Sequence record: MK250019.1 | Direction: 5' to 3' (one strand) | DNA: 64,000 nucleotides | Part shown: positions 1 through 10,952 of the stretch, one piece after another | Numbering within the stretch: position 1 is the stretch's first letter | Layout: every line of letters starts with the position of its first letter | The notes under the pieces: generated by a model | Told to the model about the DNA's origin: nothing | Database searches by the model: none | Seen by the model: the letters and a program-made list of their open reading frames with translations, nothing else | Position numbers and translations under genes: made by a program

Positions 1-1
1 A

Positions 2-1396
2 AAAGGACTTAAAATCATATCTTTAAATAAAAAATGTCCAGATTTTCTTACATATATAAGAAATAGATTTACTGACACTACAGGTAATGAAATGGTTAGA
101 GAATTAATTTATAGAATTGAATATGAAATAGAAGAGCATCCTAAATGTCCAGTATGTGGAAAACCTCTTGCATTTTATAAACGAGAATGGAAATATAAAA
201 GTTTCTGTTCTCAAGAATGTAAAAATTCAGATAAAGGTAAAGAAATAATACAATAGAAAACAGTAGAAACAAATTTAAAACGATATGGATGTGAAGTTAG
301 TTCATAGAATAAAGAAGTAAAAGAAAAAATGAAGCAAACATGTTTAGAAAAATATGGTGTTGATTGTACTCTTAAAGATAATGATATAAAAAATAAAACA
401 ATAAATACATGGTTATTAAATTATGGGGTTTCACACCCACATAAATCAGATAAAATTAAATAGAAGATTAAAGAAACATGTTNNNNNNNNNNNNNNNNNN
501 NNNNNCCATTTGAATTAAAAGAAATACGTAATAAAGCAAAATAGACATGTTTAAAAAAGTATGGTGTTGAATATGCTATGCAAAATGAACAAATTAAAAA
601 GAAAAATAAAGATACATGTTTAAATAATTATGGTGTTGAATATGTCACTCAAACTGAATTATTTAAATAGAAATCTAAAGAATCATGTTTAAATCGATAT
701 GGTACTGAATATGTAATGTAGTCTGATTTATTTAAGAAACGCACAAAGCAAACATGTTTAGAAAAATATGGAGTTGAATATATTATGCAATCAGATATAT
801 TTAAATAGAAATCTAAGCAAACATGCATAGAAAAATATGGAGTTGAATATCCAATACAATCAGATATATTTAAATAGAAATCTAAACAAACATGTTTAAA
901 TCATTTTGGATGTGAATACCCAGCGTAGAATAAAGAGATTATGTTAAAAGTATTTAATACACGTATTAAATTAAGTAAAGGAAAATGCTTTTCAAAAAAA
1001 GAAAATGAAATATATGATTATTTAATTACATTAGATAAAGATACTAAAAGATAGTATTATTCAGAATTATATCCATTTCATTGTGATTTTTATTTACCTA
1101 AATATGATTTATACATAGAATATCAAGGTATGTGGACGCATGGAAAACACCCTTTTAATAAAAATGATGAAAATGATATAGAAATACTTAATAATTGGAA
1201 AATTAAATCAGAAGCAAGTAAATTTTATAAAAGCGCTATACAAAATTGGACTATAACCGATCCATTGAAAAGAAAAACAGCGAAAGATAATAAATTAAAT
1301 TATTTAGAACTATTTCCTAATGATTTATATAAAGATAAGATAAATAATTACTTAAATAAGTTAATATTGAAAATAAATATTAAAAATATATATTAA
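2..1396 (+). CDS. Free-standing homing-endonuclease-like protein (5' truncated by window edge): Zn ribbon, KxTCLxKYGVEY repeats, C-terminal PD-(D/E)xK/Vsr-like nuclease; code 15
   Basis: Frame 2 is open from base 2 to TAA 1394-1396 when TAG=Gln. It contains CPVCGK...FCSQEC, about 10 repeats of KQTCLEKYGVEY and C-terminal YPFHCDFYLPKYDLYIEYQGMWTHG. It spans N-gap 483-505 in frame. Confidence 0.75.
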
Positions 1397-1401
1397 CTTA
1401 A

Positions 1402-2139
1402 ATGACAAGATCTGAATTTATAGAATACCTAAAATCAGAAATTACAATGAGTNNNNNNNNNNNNNNNNNNNNNNNNNNNNNNNNNNNNNNNNNNNNNNNN
1501 NNNNNNNNNNNNNNNNNNNNNNNNNNNNNNNNNNNNNNNNNNNNNNNNNNNNNNNNNNNNNNNNNNNNNNNNNNNNNNNNNNNNNNNNNNNNNNNNNNNN
1601 NGAATAGGTGTATTAAGTTTCCGGATTGTGTTTTAAGTGTTGTTCAATTTATGGAGCTCAAACGTAAAAATTCCATGTGGGGTATTGCAGACCCGGATTT
1701 ATCATGGAATCGAATGTTTCAGACAGATATGTGGATGGGACCATAGATGGCAATGGATACTGTTATGTTTAGAACTATATAGTGGTCTAATTGGGATTAG
1801 TTGAAGCAGTTTAATTTGGTTGATATAAAGCATAGATGGAATAGACCTACACATTAGTTATTTGTAATTGGACATGATCCATATAATGATGTATATTGTG
1901 AATTAGCAACAAAGGTAGATGATTAGGATTTATTTGAAGATCCTTGGGTTAGACAATGGATTGCAGCTAAGTGTAAATTATAGGTAGTAAAGAAATTAGG
2001 TACATTTACAGTAACAGCGATTGGAGGTGTAACAGTAAATACTGGAACATATTCTGAAGAAGCGAATAATGATATAAATGATTGTAAGGAATATTGGAAA
2101 ACTCTTTAGCAAGCAGACTTTTTTGAAACTGGATATTAA
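1402..2139 (+). CDS. Neck/head-completion protein, T4 gp13-like; code 15
   Basis: Reading through TAGs gives C-terminal WVRQWIAAKCKLQVVKKLGTFTVTAIGGVTVNTGTYSEEA, resembling T4 gp13 WVKDYATAL...GGVTIDG. It ends at TAA 2137-2139. N-gap 1453-1601 lies inside. Confidence 0.7.
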
Positions 2140-2263
2140 TTTATTGATTAACAAATAGTTAATATATGTGATATAGGATATTATATTTTAGATGATTAAA
2201 ATATAGTATCCTATATTTTTATAAAATAAATAATGTAAATTTAATAATAGATTTAAATAAACA

Positions 2264-3694
2264 ATGGGATATAAAAGATATGGTAGTAGTGAGTCTGTAC
2301 CAACGTTTAATGATGATAATAATGGGGAAGTTGTTTCAAATGGTATTTTAAAAAATTCATCAAAGAAAGAAATATATTTTGGTATTAAGAAACCAAAATC
2401 TGCTGCAGATTCAGATAAACCTTGGCGAGAATTAACAACAGATGATTTTGATACATAGATAACAAGTGAAACTGGTGGATGTTCAGCAACAATAACAAAA
2501 AATGATAATGATACCACAAATAAAGCAGGTATAATTAGATATATATTATCTAAAAATACAACAGGTAGTAGTAGGTTAATAACATTTAAATATAAAGGTA
2601 CAACATTATTTGAAATAAATTAGGCTGCAGGTCCAGTAGATAATAATACATATGTATATTTAAGATATTGGGTATTTGATAAGTCAACATATGAAAATAT
2701 TATAACATCTGCAAATAATACTACTTAGTTATATCGTTTTTCTCTTGGCATTAACAAAGAAGATGATAATGCGTATATAAGTTATGAAACTTGGAAAACA
2801 TCTGGTAATATAATATATCATGTAACAAATAATGAAGATTTAACTAATATCTTTAATACAGCAACTTCGATAAAAAATTTAGTAGATAATGGAACATTAA
2901 CATATGTTGCAGGAAAAAATTTTGATAATAATACTATATCAAGTATTATAAAATTCCCAACAAAAATGTATGAAAATGAAAATACACTTATTTCTGTTAA
3001 TGATAATAGTATTGTATACATATATAGTGGCAAATATGAAGCAACTGCTGATGCAAATGATTATTATTTTGATAAAAATAATATACATAGCATTATAAAT
3101 TGGGGAAATATTAATAATGATAATGTTACATCTATTGGAAAATATAGATATAATAAAAAATTAGTAATAAAAAAAACATATGAAATTTATATGTTTAAAG
3201 TATTAACTAGTTGGTTTACTTCACATGGTAATGAAGCATTTTTATTTGTACCGACTAGTGATAGTAGGTATACATCAATCTCTAAAGAAAATGCAGATAT
3301 AGATAGATGGGGTTATACATCATTTCCAGTAAGAGAAGACAGAAATAAACTATATACATATTTCTTTGTAGAAACAACAAATACTTTAACAATCAATATG
3401 CTTTCTGGTAAAACATTAAAAGAATTAAAAGATAATTATAATTTAACAAAAGTTTCTGGAAATATGTATGAAGAAGATGATACTTATGTAAATAATATAT
3501 CAGATAAAGTATTAGTAAATCAATGGAATACTATTATACATAAAACATTAAATAAAAATACAGCAACAGATACTGTTGCTGTAGCATGGTTATATGCTTC
3601 AAATGGTTCAGAAATTTATACAAACGCAACATCAAGTAATAGTGTAATAATTGATATGAATAATCCTTCAGGAATATATAATATTACAGTATAA
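2264..3694 (+). CDS. Putative virion surface protein with BACON-like Ig domain (476 aa, code 15)
   Basis: ORFs 2264..2458 and 2966..3694 are the same frame, joined across TAGs. It has GCSATI...AGIIRYILSKNTTGSSRLITFKY, a BACON-like N-x(4)-R signature. Confidence 0.55.
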
Positions 3695-3700
3695 TATTAA

Positions 3701-3788
3701 ATTCGTTATTCAAAAAACATTGAATAACGATTTTTTTATTTATGTAATTTAAGTTGCAGGATCTTATATTTAGACGTATATATAAAAA
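3701..3788 (+). repeat. Intergenic terminator plus leader module, copy 1
   Basis: Hairpin TCGTTATTCAA/TTGAATAACGA followed by TTTTTATTTATGTAATTTAAGTT; imperfect direct repeat of 4654..4742. Confidence 0.75.
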
Positions 3789-3799
3789 ATGAATTTTCC

Positions 3800-4648
3800 A
3801 TGGCAAATTATAAACAAGTTTCTAACATTGGTATAGAAACAATTTCAGCAGATACACATACAAATGAAACATTAAAAGCACATTATCAAAGTAATGATTT
3901 ATAGACTATATATTTTGGATTAAAAGATGATAATGGTAATTATGAAGGTAAGTTAATAGAATCTTCTTATGAATTAACATCTACAATACCTGGATGTTCT
4001 GCAACTATTTCTACTATTGATTTAACAAAAACTGCAGGAATTATTAAATATACGATTTCTAAAAATACAACAAGTAGTGCAAGATTAATAACCTTTAAAT
4101 ATAAGAATACTGAATTATTTAAAATAAATTAGGTTGATACTAATACATTAATATATAATTCTGAATATGTATATGTATGTACGGTTGGTAATATATCAAG
4201 TGCACCTAATAAAATATGGTTATTTGCTATACTTGCTGAAAATGGTAGTTTACCTAATAAGTCAGATTTATTAAATAATTATAAAACAATGGTGCAATTT
4301 GATAGTTCATATGCAGGAGATAATCGAAAAAATGGTAGAACATTGTATTTTTCAGAGAAAACGTTACCTGCAAATAAAACAATACAGGAATTAAAAAATA
4401 GTGCGGTATTAACAGTTGTTAGAGAAAATAAAGTTAAGTATGATACAGATATTCCTTATCATTTAGTACTAGTAAATAATAATGCATATAATGCACCATA
4501 TAATATTTAGTCTAACATTGAAGACGCATTTAAAACTCCATATGAGATGTATGTTATAAATTAGAGTGATACTGTTATTTCATATTAGAAGACAATATTT
4601 AATATATTTGATTATTATTATTGTGGTATATATAAATTTAATTCATAA
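3800..4648 (+). CDS. Paralog of 2264..3694, BACON-like domain protein (code 15)
   Basis: ATG 3800 is open to TAA 4646-4648 with TAG=Gln. GCSATIS...AGIIKYTISKNTTSSARLITFKYKNTELFKINQ aligns with the previous gene. Confidence 0.6.
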
Positions 4649-4653
4649 TAATT

Positions 4654-4742
4654 ATTCGTTATTCAATTTGTTTTTAAATAACGAATTTTTTATTTATGTA
4701 ATTTAAGTTACTGGATTTCATATTTAGGCGTAGATATAAAAA
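4654..4742 (+). repeat. Intergenic terminator plus leader module, copy 2
   Basis: Hairpin ATTCGTTATT/AATAACGAAT, then the same 23-nt core and a similar tail as copy 1. Confidence 0.75.
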
Positions 4743-4757
4743 TATATTTTAATTTTT

Positions 4758-5591
4758 ATGTCAACATATAAAGAAACAACAGAACGAGAATTTCATATAA
4801 TTAATTTTATAGATAAATCATTAGTTACATTTACGCCTGATCCAAATATAGATACGAAAGGACTATTAGTAAAAGGTGTAAGTGTAAAGGATTCAAATAA
4901 AAAAGATGTTTTTATAGGATTAACTGATGGCACAAAGTTTAAATATTTAACTAATGATGATTATAACATCTATTATCAATCTGGTGATACAATATATGTT
5001 ACTAAATATGCAGGTTCACAAGGTTGGCCTATATACTTGGATGTTTATAAAGAAAATATAGGGATAATAGGACATGTAAAATATTCATATAATGGAGTAT
5101 ATGATTAGTTTTTTACTATCAATTACATACCATATGAAGTATTATTTATGGGTATTTATTATTCAGAAGATATAAGAAATGTGTATTTATTTAGTGAAAA
5201 ATTACCATCATCATATAGTGTAAGTCCATCTAAACATATAGCATTATATTCAAGTGCATCTGGTGATATATCATTATATGGTCCATATATATATTATGAT
5301 CCCATGAAAATATTAGGTGGTGATGAAAAAAGTATTGATGATTATGTTAATGAAGGTACAATAACATATAAATCTGGAAATGATTTCAATGCTAATATAA
5401 AAAGTATGTATACAATAGAAGTGACATTTGTAAATATACCAAATACAAATAAAGATACAATAGAAATAAGTGAAAAAACAGATATATATTGCTATGAATA
5501 TATTAATAATAAGTGGCAAACATATGGTTCTAGATCTTTTATATCACCAACACCATTAGTTTATAAGAGTGTTGCACATTATTCGAAATAA
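4758..5591 (+). CDS. Hypothetical beta-rich protein (277 aa, code 15)
   Basis: ORFs 4758..5108 and 5148..5591 are the same frame, joined through TAG 5106-5108. Confidence 0.65.
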
Positions 5592-5652
5592 TAAATTAAT
5601 ATAAAAAATATTCATGAATAAATAATAAAAAGTTATTTTTGATATATTTTTT

Positions 5653-6063
5653 ATGAAACATAATATTCCATTAAATATACTAGATGAATATGCAAAAACA
5701 ATTTCATCAAAATAGGTAAAAATGCTTTATGAATCAAAATGTAATAAAAAATTTAAGAAAGCATTATATGAAAATATGAAATATCAAAATGATAATAGTT
5801 TTTCAATATACTTAAATGATTTTACATTAGATGAAGCTCATTCATCTGTTGATAAAGCATTAGTACGTTATGTAAGGAAACATAAACTTCAATATAATAA
5901 AGTCAGCGATGGTGTTTATTTTTATACACCTCTTGAAGAAAATTATATTTCCTTATTAGAAAATCTTGTTCAAGACGGATTTGATATAGATTTATTAAAA
6001 GAAAATGTAGATTCACAAAAAGCTACAGTTTATTTAGAAAAATTAAAGTTAAATAAGAAATGA
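5653..6063 (+). CDS. Hypothetical, putative internal head protein (code 15)
   Basis: Extends upstream to ATG 5653 through one TAG; carries LYE motifs (LYESKC, ALYENM). Confidence 0.6.
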
Positions 6064-6743
6064 TAAAGATTAGAAGACGTAAACCTATTTTTGAGGATGA
6101 TTAGACTACATAGCAGCAACCAGCAACAACAGGTACAACAGCACAACCTGCTGCAACACCTGCTCCTGCAAATAATACAACAACTCCAGCTGCACCAACT
6201 CAGCCTCAGCAACCTGCTCAACCTAATAATACTAACACACCTCAGCAACCAGCAGATCAAAATAATCAACAGCAATAGCAACAACCTAATCCTAATGCTT
6301 AGAAAGTTGCAGATGTGTTGAAAAAAATGGAAAATACATGGTGGATGATTTCTGTTAATCTTCCTGATGAAATTCAAAAAGATATTCCAGATTTTAAACA
6401 AGGAAATCAATAGGCTGATAATGCTATTAAAGCATGGGGAACATTTAAGCAAAATCCGACAGAAGATACATTCAAACAATTCTTAGAAGGATTTAAAGCA
6501 TTTGGTGGTGTAAATAATGATTAGACAAATAATCAATAGAATGGTCAACAACCAGCTGCACCAACTCAGCCTCAACAACCTGCATAGCAACCAGCTCAAC
6601 CACAAACAAATGTTAACGCGGGATTAAAAGCTGCATATTCATTCAGAAAGAATCTTATGGAAAATCTTGAGATTGCAAATAAGAAAAAATATTATAATTC
6701 TGTTTGTGAAGATTATTTTGATAAAACTGAATTTACATTATAA
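6060..6743 (+). CDS. Gln/Pro/Ala-rich low-complexity protein (227 aa, code 15)
   Basis: ATGA overlap with the upstream stop. TAG sits inside poly-Gln runs (CAA CAG CAA TAG CAA CAA). Internal AAPTQPQQPA repeats; ends at TAA 6741-6743. Confidence 0.75.
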
Positions 6744-6765
6744 TAAAAATAAATGAATCTAAAAT

Positions 6766-7539
6766 ATGGTTAAAAAATATAAATATGTTTATAATCAAAA
6801 AACTGGACATTTTATAAAAAAACTAAATGAAGATGATTCAAATGTAAGTACAGATACACAACAATAGCAAAATAATAATTCTAATACTACTTCATCAACA
6901 ACTGATAATAAAGATACATCAACAAATAATACATCTTTTAAATCTGTTGAATCTGATGAAACAATTCAAAGTCTCAATGCAAAAATGCAAGATAATGAAA
7001 ATAAATTTCAATAGGATTTAAATACATAGCAGAAACTTTTAGATGCTGCTAAAGTTACTGCATCTAAAAAAACACCAACAGGACCATATGACCCTGTTGC
7101 AACAGATGCAGACGTATTAAATATCATGAAAAAAATAAATGATATTACTAAACAACATGCTATTGATATTGCAAATTTTCAAGATTAGAAATTAGCATAG
7201 CTATAGAAACTATCACAAACAAATGAATCATATTATAAAATTCCAGAAAAATATAAATGGTTAAACGAATCTAATATTCATACTGCAAAAATATATATGG
7301 GTGATCTTATAGCTCCAGATGATTAGCACATATTAAAAGGTATGGCTGATTTTAAGAGAGCTTTTAAAGATACAGATTTATTATATGGGAAAGACAGAAA
7401 TGGATACTTTCTTATCGCAGTTGATAAAGATGATATGACAAAAGCATTTGACACACTAGAAGAAATAGGATACCTTCGTGATGAAATAATTGATACAATG
7501 CTTCCATAGGTATTAGATAGGACAAAAATGATTTTATAA
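6766..7539 (+). CDS. Hypothetical protein (257 aa, code 15)
   Basis: Open from ATG 6766 to TAA 7537-7539 with TAG=Gln; absent from the standard-code track. Confidence 0.7.
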
Positions 7540-7546
7540 TTTAATT

Positions 7547-8320
7547 ATGCATTATATACAAGAAACAGATAATTTTAACATAAATCTTCCTTTGTATGGT
7601 TCATATTTATTATATAATCCAAATACAAAAGAAACTGTAGTTAAAAAATCACCGAATCCTAAATATATTTCTGTTGATACATTTATTGATGTTGCTAATG
7701 AACTTAAACAAATTGCAACTGATTTAAAAATTACACCTACTGAATTACCATTATTTCAATATATTAGATATAGTCGTTATAAAGATGCAACATGGACAAT
7801 TATTGCAGGTACAATAGATAATAATTTTAAACAAAAAGCAGATGTATCATATTCAATGGTTCCTAATATTCAATAGATGATTTTACCTTCAAAAGAAACT
7901 TTAGATTTTCCTCATTTTTGTGGAACTATAAACGGTTTAATAAAAGGACATGGTGATCTTTGTGGATGGGCAGGTGATGCAGTCGAATATGCAGCAGATT
8001 TAATGAAAGATTAGAATGCAGTATTTCCATCAGGTGGGTTTGACAGTGAAGATTTAAGAACTGATTTAGATGCTTATAATTTATATAATATTAGTAATAC
8101 AAATATTATAGATAATATAAAATCATATTATGAAAATATTACAGATAGTAAAAGAATTTCATTATTTTTAAAAGGTGGTGAAAATATTACTACAAGATTT
8201 AACAGTTCACCAGATATATTTTATCTTAATATATTAAAACAAAAGATGAATGTAACTGATGAATATATGACATTAGCATTAAATAAAATACAAACATATA
8301 TGAATAAAAATAAAGGTTGA
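7547..8320 (+). CDS. Hypothetical protein with DFxH...GWxGD...DLxxDxDAxN motif (code 15)
   Basis: Reads through TAG 7874-7876 to TGA 8318-8320; contains DFPHFCGTINGL...DLCGWAGDA...SEDLRTDLDAYNL. Confidence 0.65.
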
Positions 8321-8349
8321 TAATTTTTAATATTATCAACCTTTATTTT

Positions 8350-8997
8350 TTATAAACTTGCAATATATTTCTTTATACCTTCCACATGAATATCTGTAAT
8401 TATATTTCTACCTTCATTACTTAATAACCATGTAGCATCTTCTTTATTATCCATAAACATATTTTCTGTTAAACATGCAGGACATGTAGTTTTTGATAAT
8501 ACATAGTAATTTGCTTCCTGATCAGGATCACCATCTGAATTATCAGGACGTAATTTCTTACCCAATGGTTTTAATTTAGATTCGGCAACTTCATAGATAC
8601 ATGTTGATAATTTATCTGCAGATGTTTGTCCTTTACTTGTATATACAGACCAACCTTGTGCATTCATCCATGAACCATTTCCAGCGGCATTTACATGAAT
8701 AGAAATAAAAATTGCTTTATTTCCCTTTGCTTTTTCTTCAAGATATTTTTTATTAGCACGTTGAACTCGAAGATTTAAATCATAAGATTGACTTGTAATC
8801 TCTTCCACTTCAGGATGTGTAATATAACATCTATATCCTTCTGAAATTAACTTATTGTAAACTTCATATCCTATTGCACGAACATATGCATATTCTTTTA
8901 ACTATGTTTTACCATCGTCAAATACAGGACTGGATTTCCCTGGTGTATTACAACCATGTCCCATATCAAGCATTACTAAAACTTTACTCTTTTCCAT
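8350..8997 (-). CDS. N-acetylmuramoyl-L-alanine amidase (Amidase_3), probable endolysin; one in-frame TAG
   Basis: MEKSKVLVMLDMGHG...Q(TAG 8902-8904)LKEYAY...ISIHVNA...ACLTENMFMDN supplies the Zn ligands H, E, H and the catalytic E. Confidence 0.9.
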
Positions 8998-8999
8998 AA

Positions 9000-10475
9000 T
9001 TAATACATCTTATCATATAATTTAAATGTAAATACTGATAATTCTTTTAAGCAATTATTACTTAAACAAACACCATCTCCAGCAGCAGTTGGTGCCAAGA
9101 AATTTTTATAATTATCAGAAATACTCTTATTTACTTTAATTGTTTTTCTATCTCTCTTTCCTTGTTTAATTTCTTCTTTACATCTATTTAAAATTGATGT
9201 GAGATTATCATATATATTTTGTACATCTTCTTTCTTCAACATATAAACAATATAATCAATATTACTTGTTCCAATATATCTAGGAAATAAAATATATTGA
9301 ATATTATCATCAGATAATATATCTAATTCTCCTTTTCTTGAAATATTAATTCTAAAATTATCTTCGCTTGATTTACGTCTCTATGCAACAGCAATACTAA
9401 AAACAGATGGAAATCCAGGAGCATTATTAATATTTCTTACTATAAAATCTTGATTTCCTCTTCTTGCAGATTTATTGAAAAATGTAGATTTACCAAATTT
9501 TTTCATAAGCACACCATTCAATCTTTCCTTTAAATGTGTAGATGAATTATTATGTGAATAATCATATCTATCTTCATTTAAACTACGTTTAATACTAACT
9601 GCAATAGATTCAATTAATGATTTATATAACTAATTATTATTCATTTTTTCTGATACCTATTTTAATTTATTTATTGTATTTTTATCAATAATTGCATAAT
9701 CATCTCCATCATATCGTATTTCAGAATTATCAGCTAATATATCAAAAAACTTAGGATTCTTTTTATCAAATTGATATATAGGTATATTATCTATACATGT
9801 TGTACATGTATTTACAAATACTTTATTAAACTGTTTAAGTAATGAATTAAGTAATGAAATACATGTAGTTTCATCCTATATAGATAATTGTCTTACATAG
9901 ACTATATTCGCTATACATTCTGATTTTATATTTAATAATTTTGGAAAATTACAGGCAAATCCATCTGATATTGTATAATCATTATTTGTCTTTACTCTTT
10001 GCTTATTATATATTACACAAAAAGAATCTCTTACATTATTATATGTAATGTCATCATAACCATATATAATTTTATCTGTTATAATATCATATTCATCATA
10101 TAATATATTTGCAAATTTTATGATATAAAAATCATCATCACTTATACGCGTTTTATTGGTACTATACATATATGGATAAACCTATATATATTCTATTCTT
10201 GTATAATTATTATTAAATTTAAATGTTAAATAAATACAATCAGGATTAAATGGTAATTTTACATTATCATATGTTAACTATTCTCCTTTATTATAATCTT
10301 TGTAACAATCTTTATCTAACATAATTAAATAATGATCATATATCTCATAGGATACTTTCATCCAATCAATTTCTCTAGCAAATCTATGTGCAATCTCTTC
10401 TACATCATTAGATAATATAGATGATGTTAAAATATTATTATCATCATTAAAATCTATATCATTAAATAAATCCAT
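9000..10475 (-). CDS. Hypothetical protein (491 aa, code 15); possible internal second start at 9644
   Basis: ORFs 9000..9242, 9876..10169 and 10278..10475 are one frame with only TAG interruptions (translated codon by codon in the gaps). Confidence 0.65.
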
Positions 10476-10505
10476 TAAAATAAACTACTATTTTAAATAT
10501 TTATT

Positions 10506-10847
10506 TTAAAAGGGTAATTCTTCTCCAGGTTCCATAGGTAAAAATGAAAGTGTTGGAATTATATTATGTTTTCTAAAATACTTTTTATGCATTTTCTTTG
10601 CAGTTCTCCATTCTCTTATAGATTCTCTTGAAACAGAAAAACTTGGACAATTTGCACAAATATCAAATATATTTTTATTTAATTCATTTTCAATTTCATA
10701 TACTGGTCTATTATCATAACTTGGTTGACGAGAACAACAAAACCAATTAATATACATAGGATATGGATCATCTGTTACCATATCATCAAATGACTTATCA
10801 TGTGCGCATTTACAACCACAAAATTTTTTTCTTAATCTACTTTTCAT
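10506..10847 (-). CDS. Small Cys-rich hypothetical protein
   Basis: TAG-free ORF with CGCKC, FCCS and CANC; TAA stop. Confidence 0.6.
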   Translation of the reverse strand: MKSRLRKKFCGCKCAHDKSFDDMVTDDPYPMYINWFCCSRQPSYDNRPVYEIENELNKNIFDICANCPSFSVSRESIREWRTAKKMHKKYFRKHNIIPTLSFLPMEPGEELPF

Positions 10848-10918
10848 ATTTGTTTAATTTAAAATATCATATAACATTTATATAATAATAAATCTATTAA
10901 TGTTTGTTAAATTTTACT

Positions 10919-10926
10919 TATAAATA
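10919..10926 (+). promoter_or_regulatory. T4-type late promoter TATAAATA upstream of terminase
   Basis: Exact T4 late consensus, 27 nt before terL ATG. Confidence 0.6.
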
Positions 10927-10952
10927 TGTTAAATGCTAAATAATTTAATTAT

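Noticed and set aside
6030-6479. Track ORFs 6030..6479(-) and 6091..6321(+)
   Set aside because: These are shadow frames of the low-complexity code-15 gene 6060..6743.
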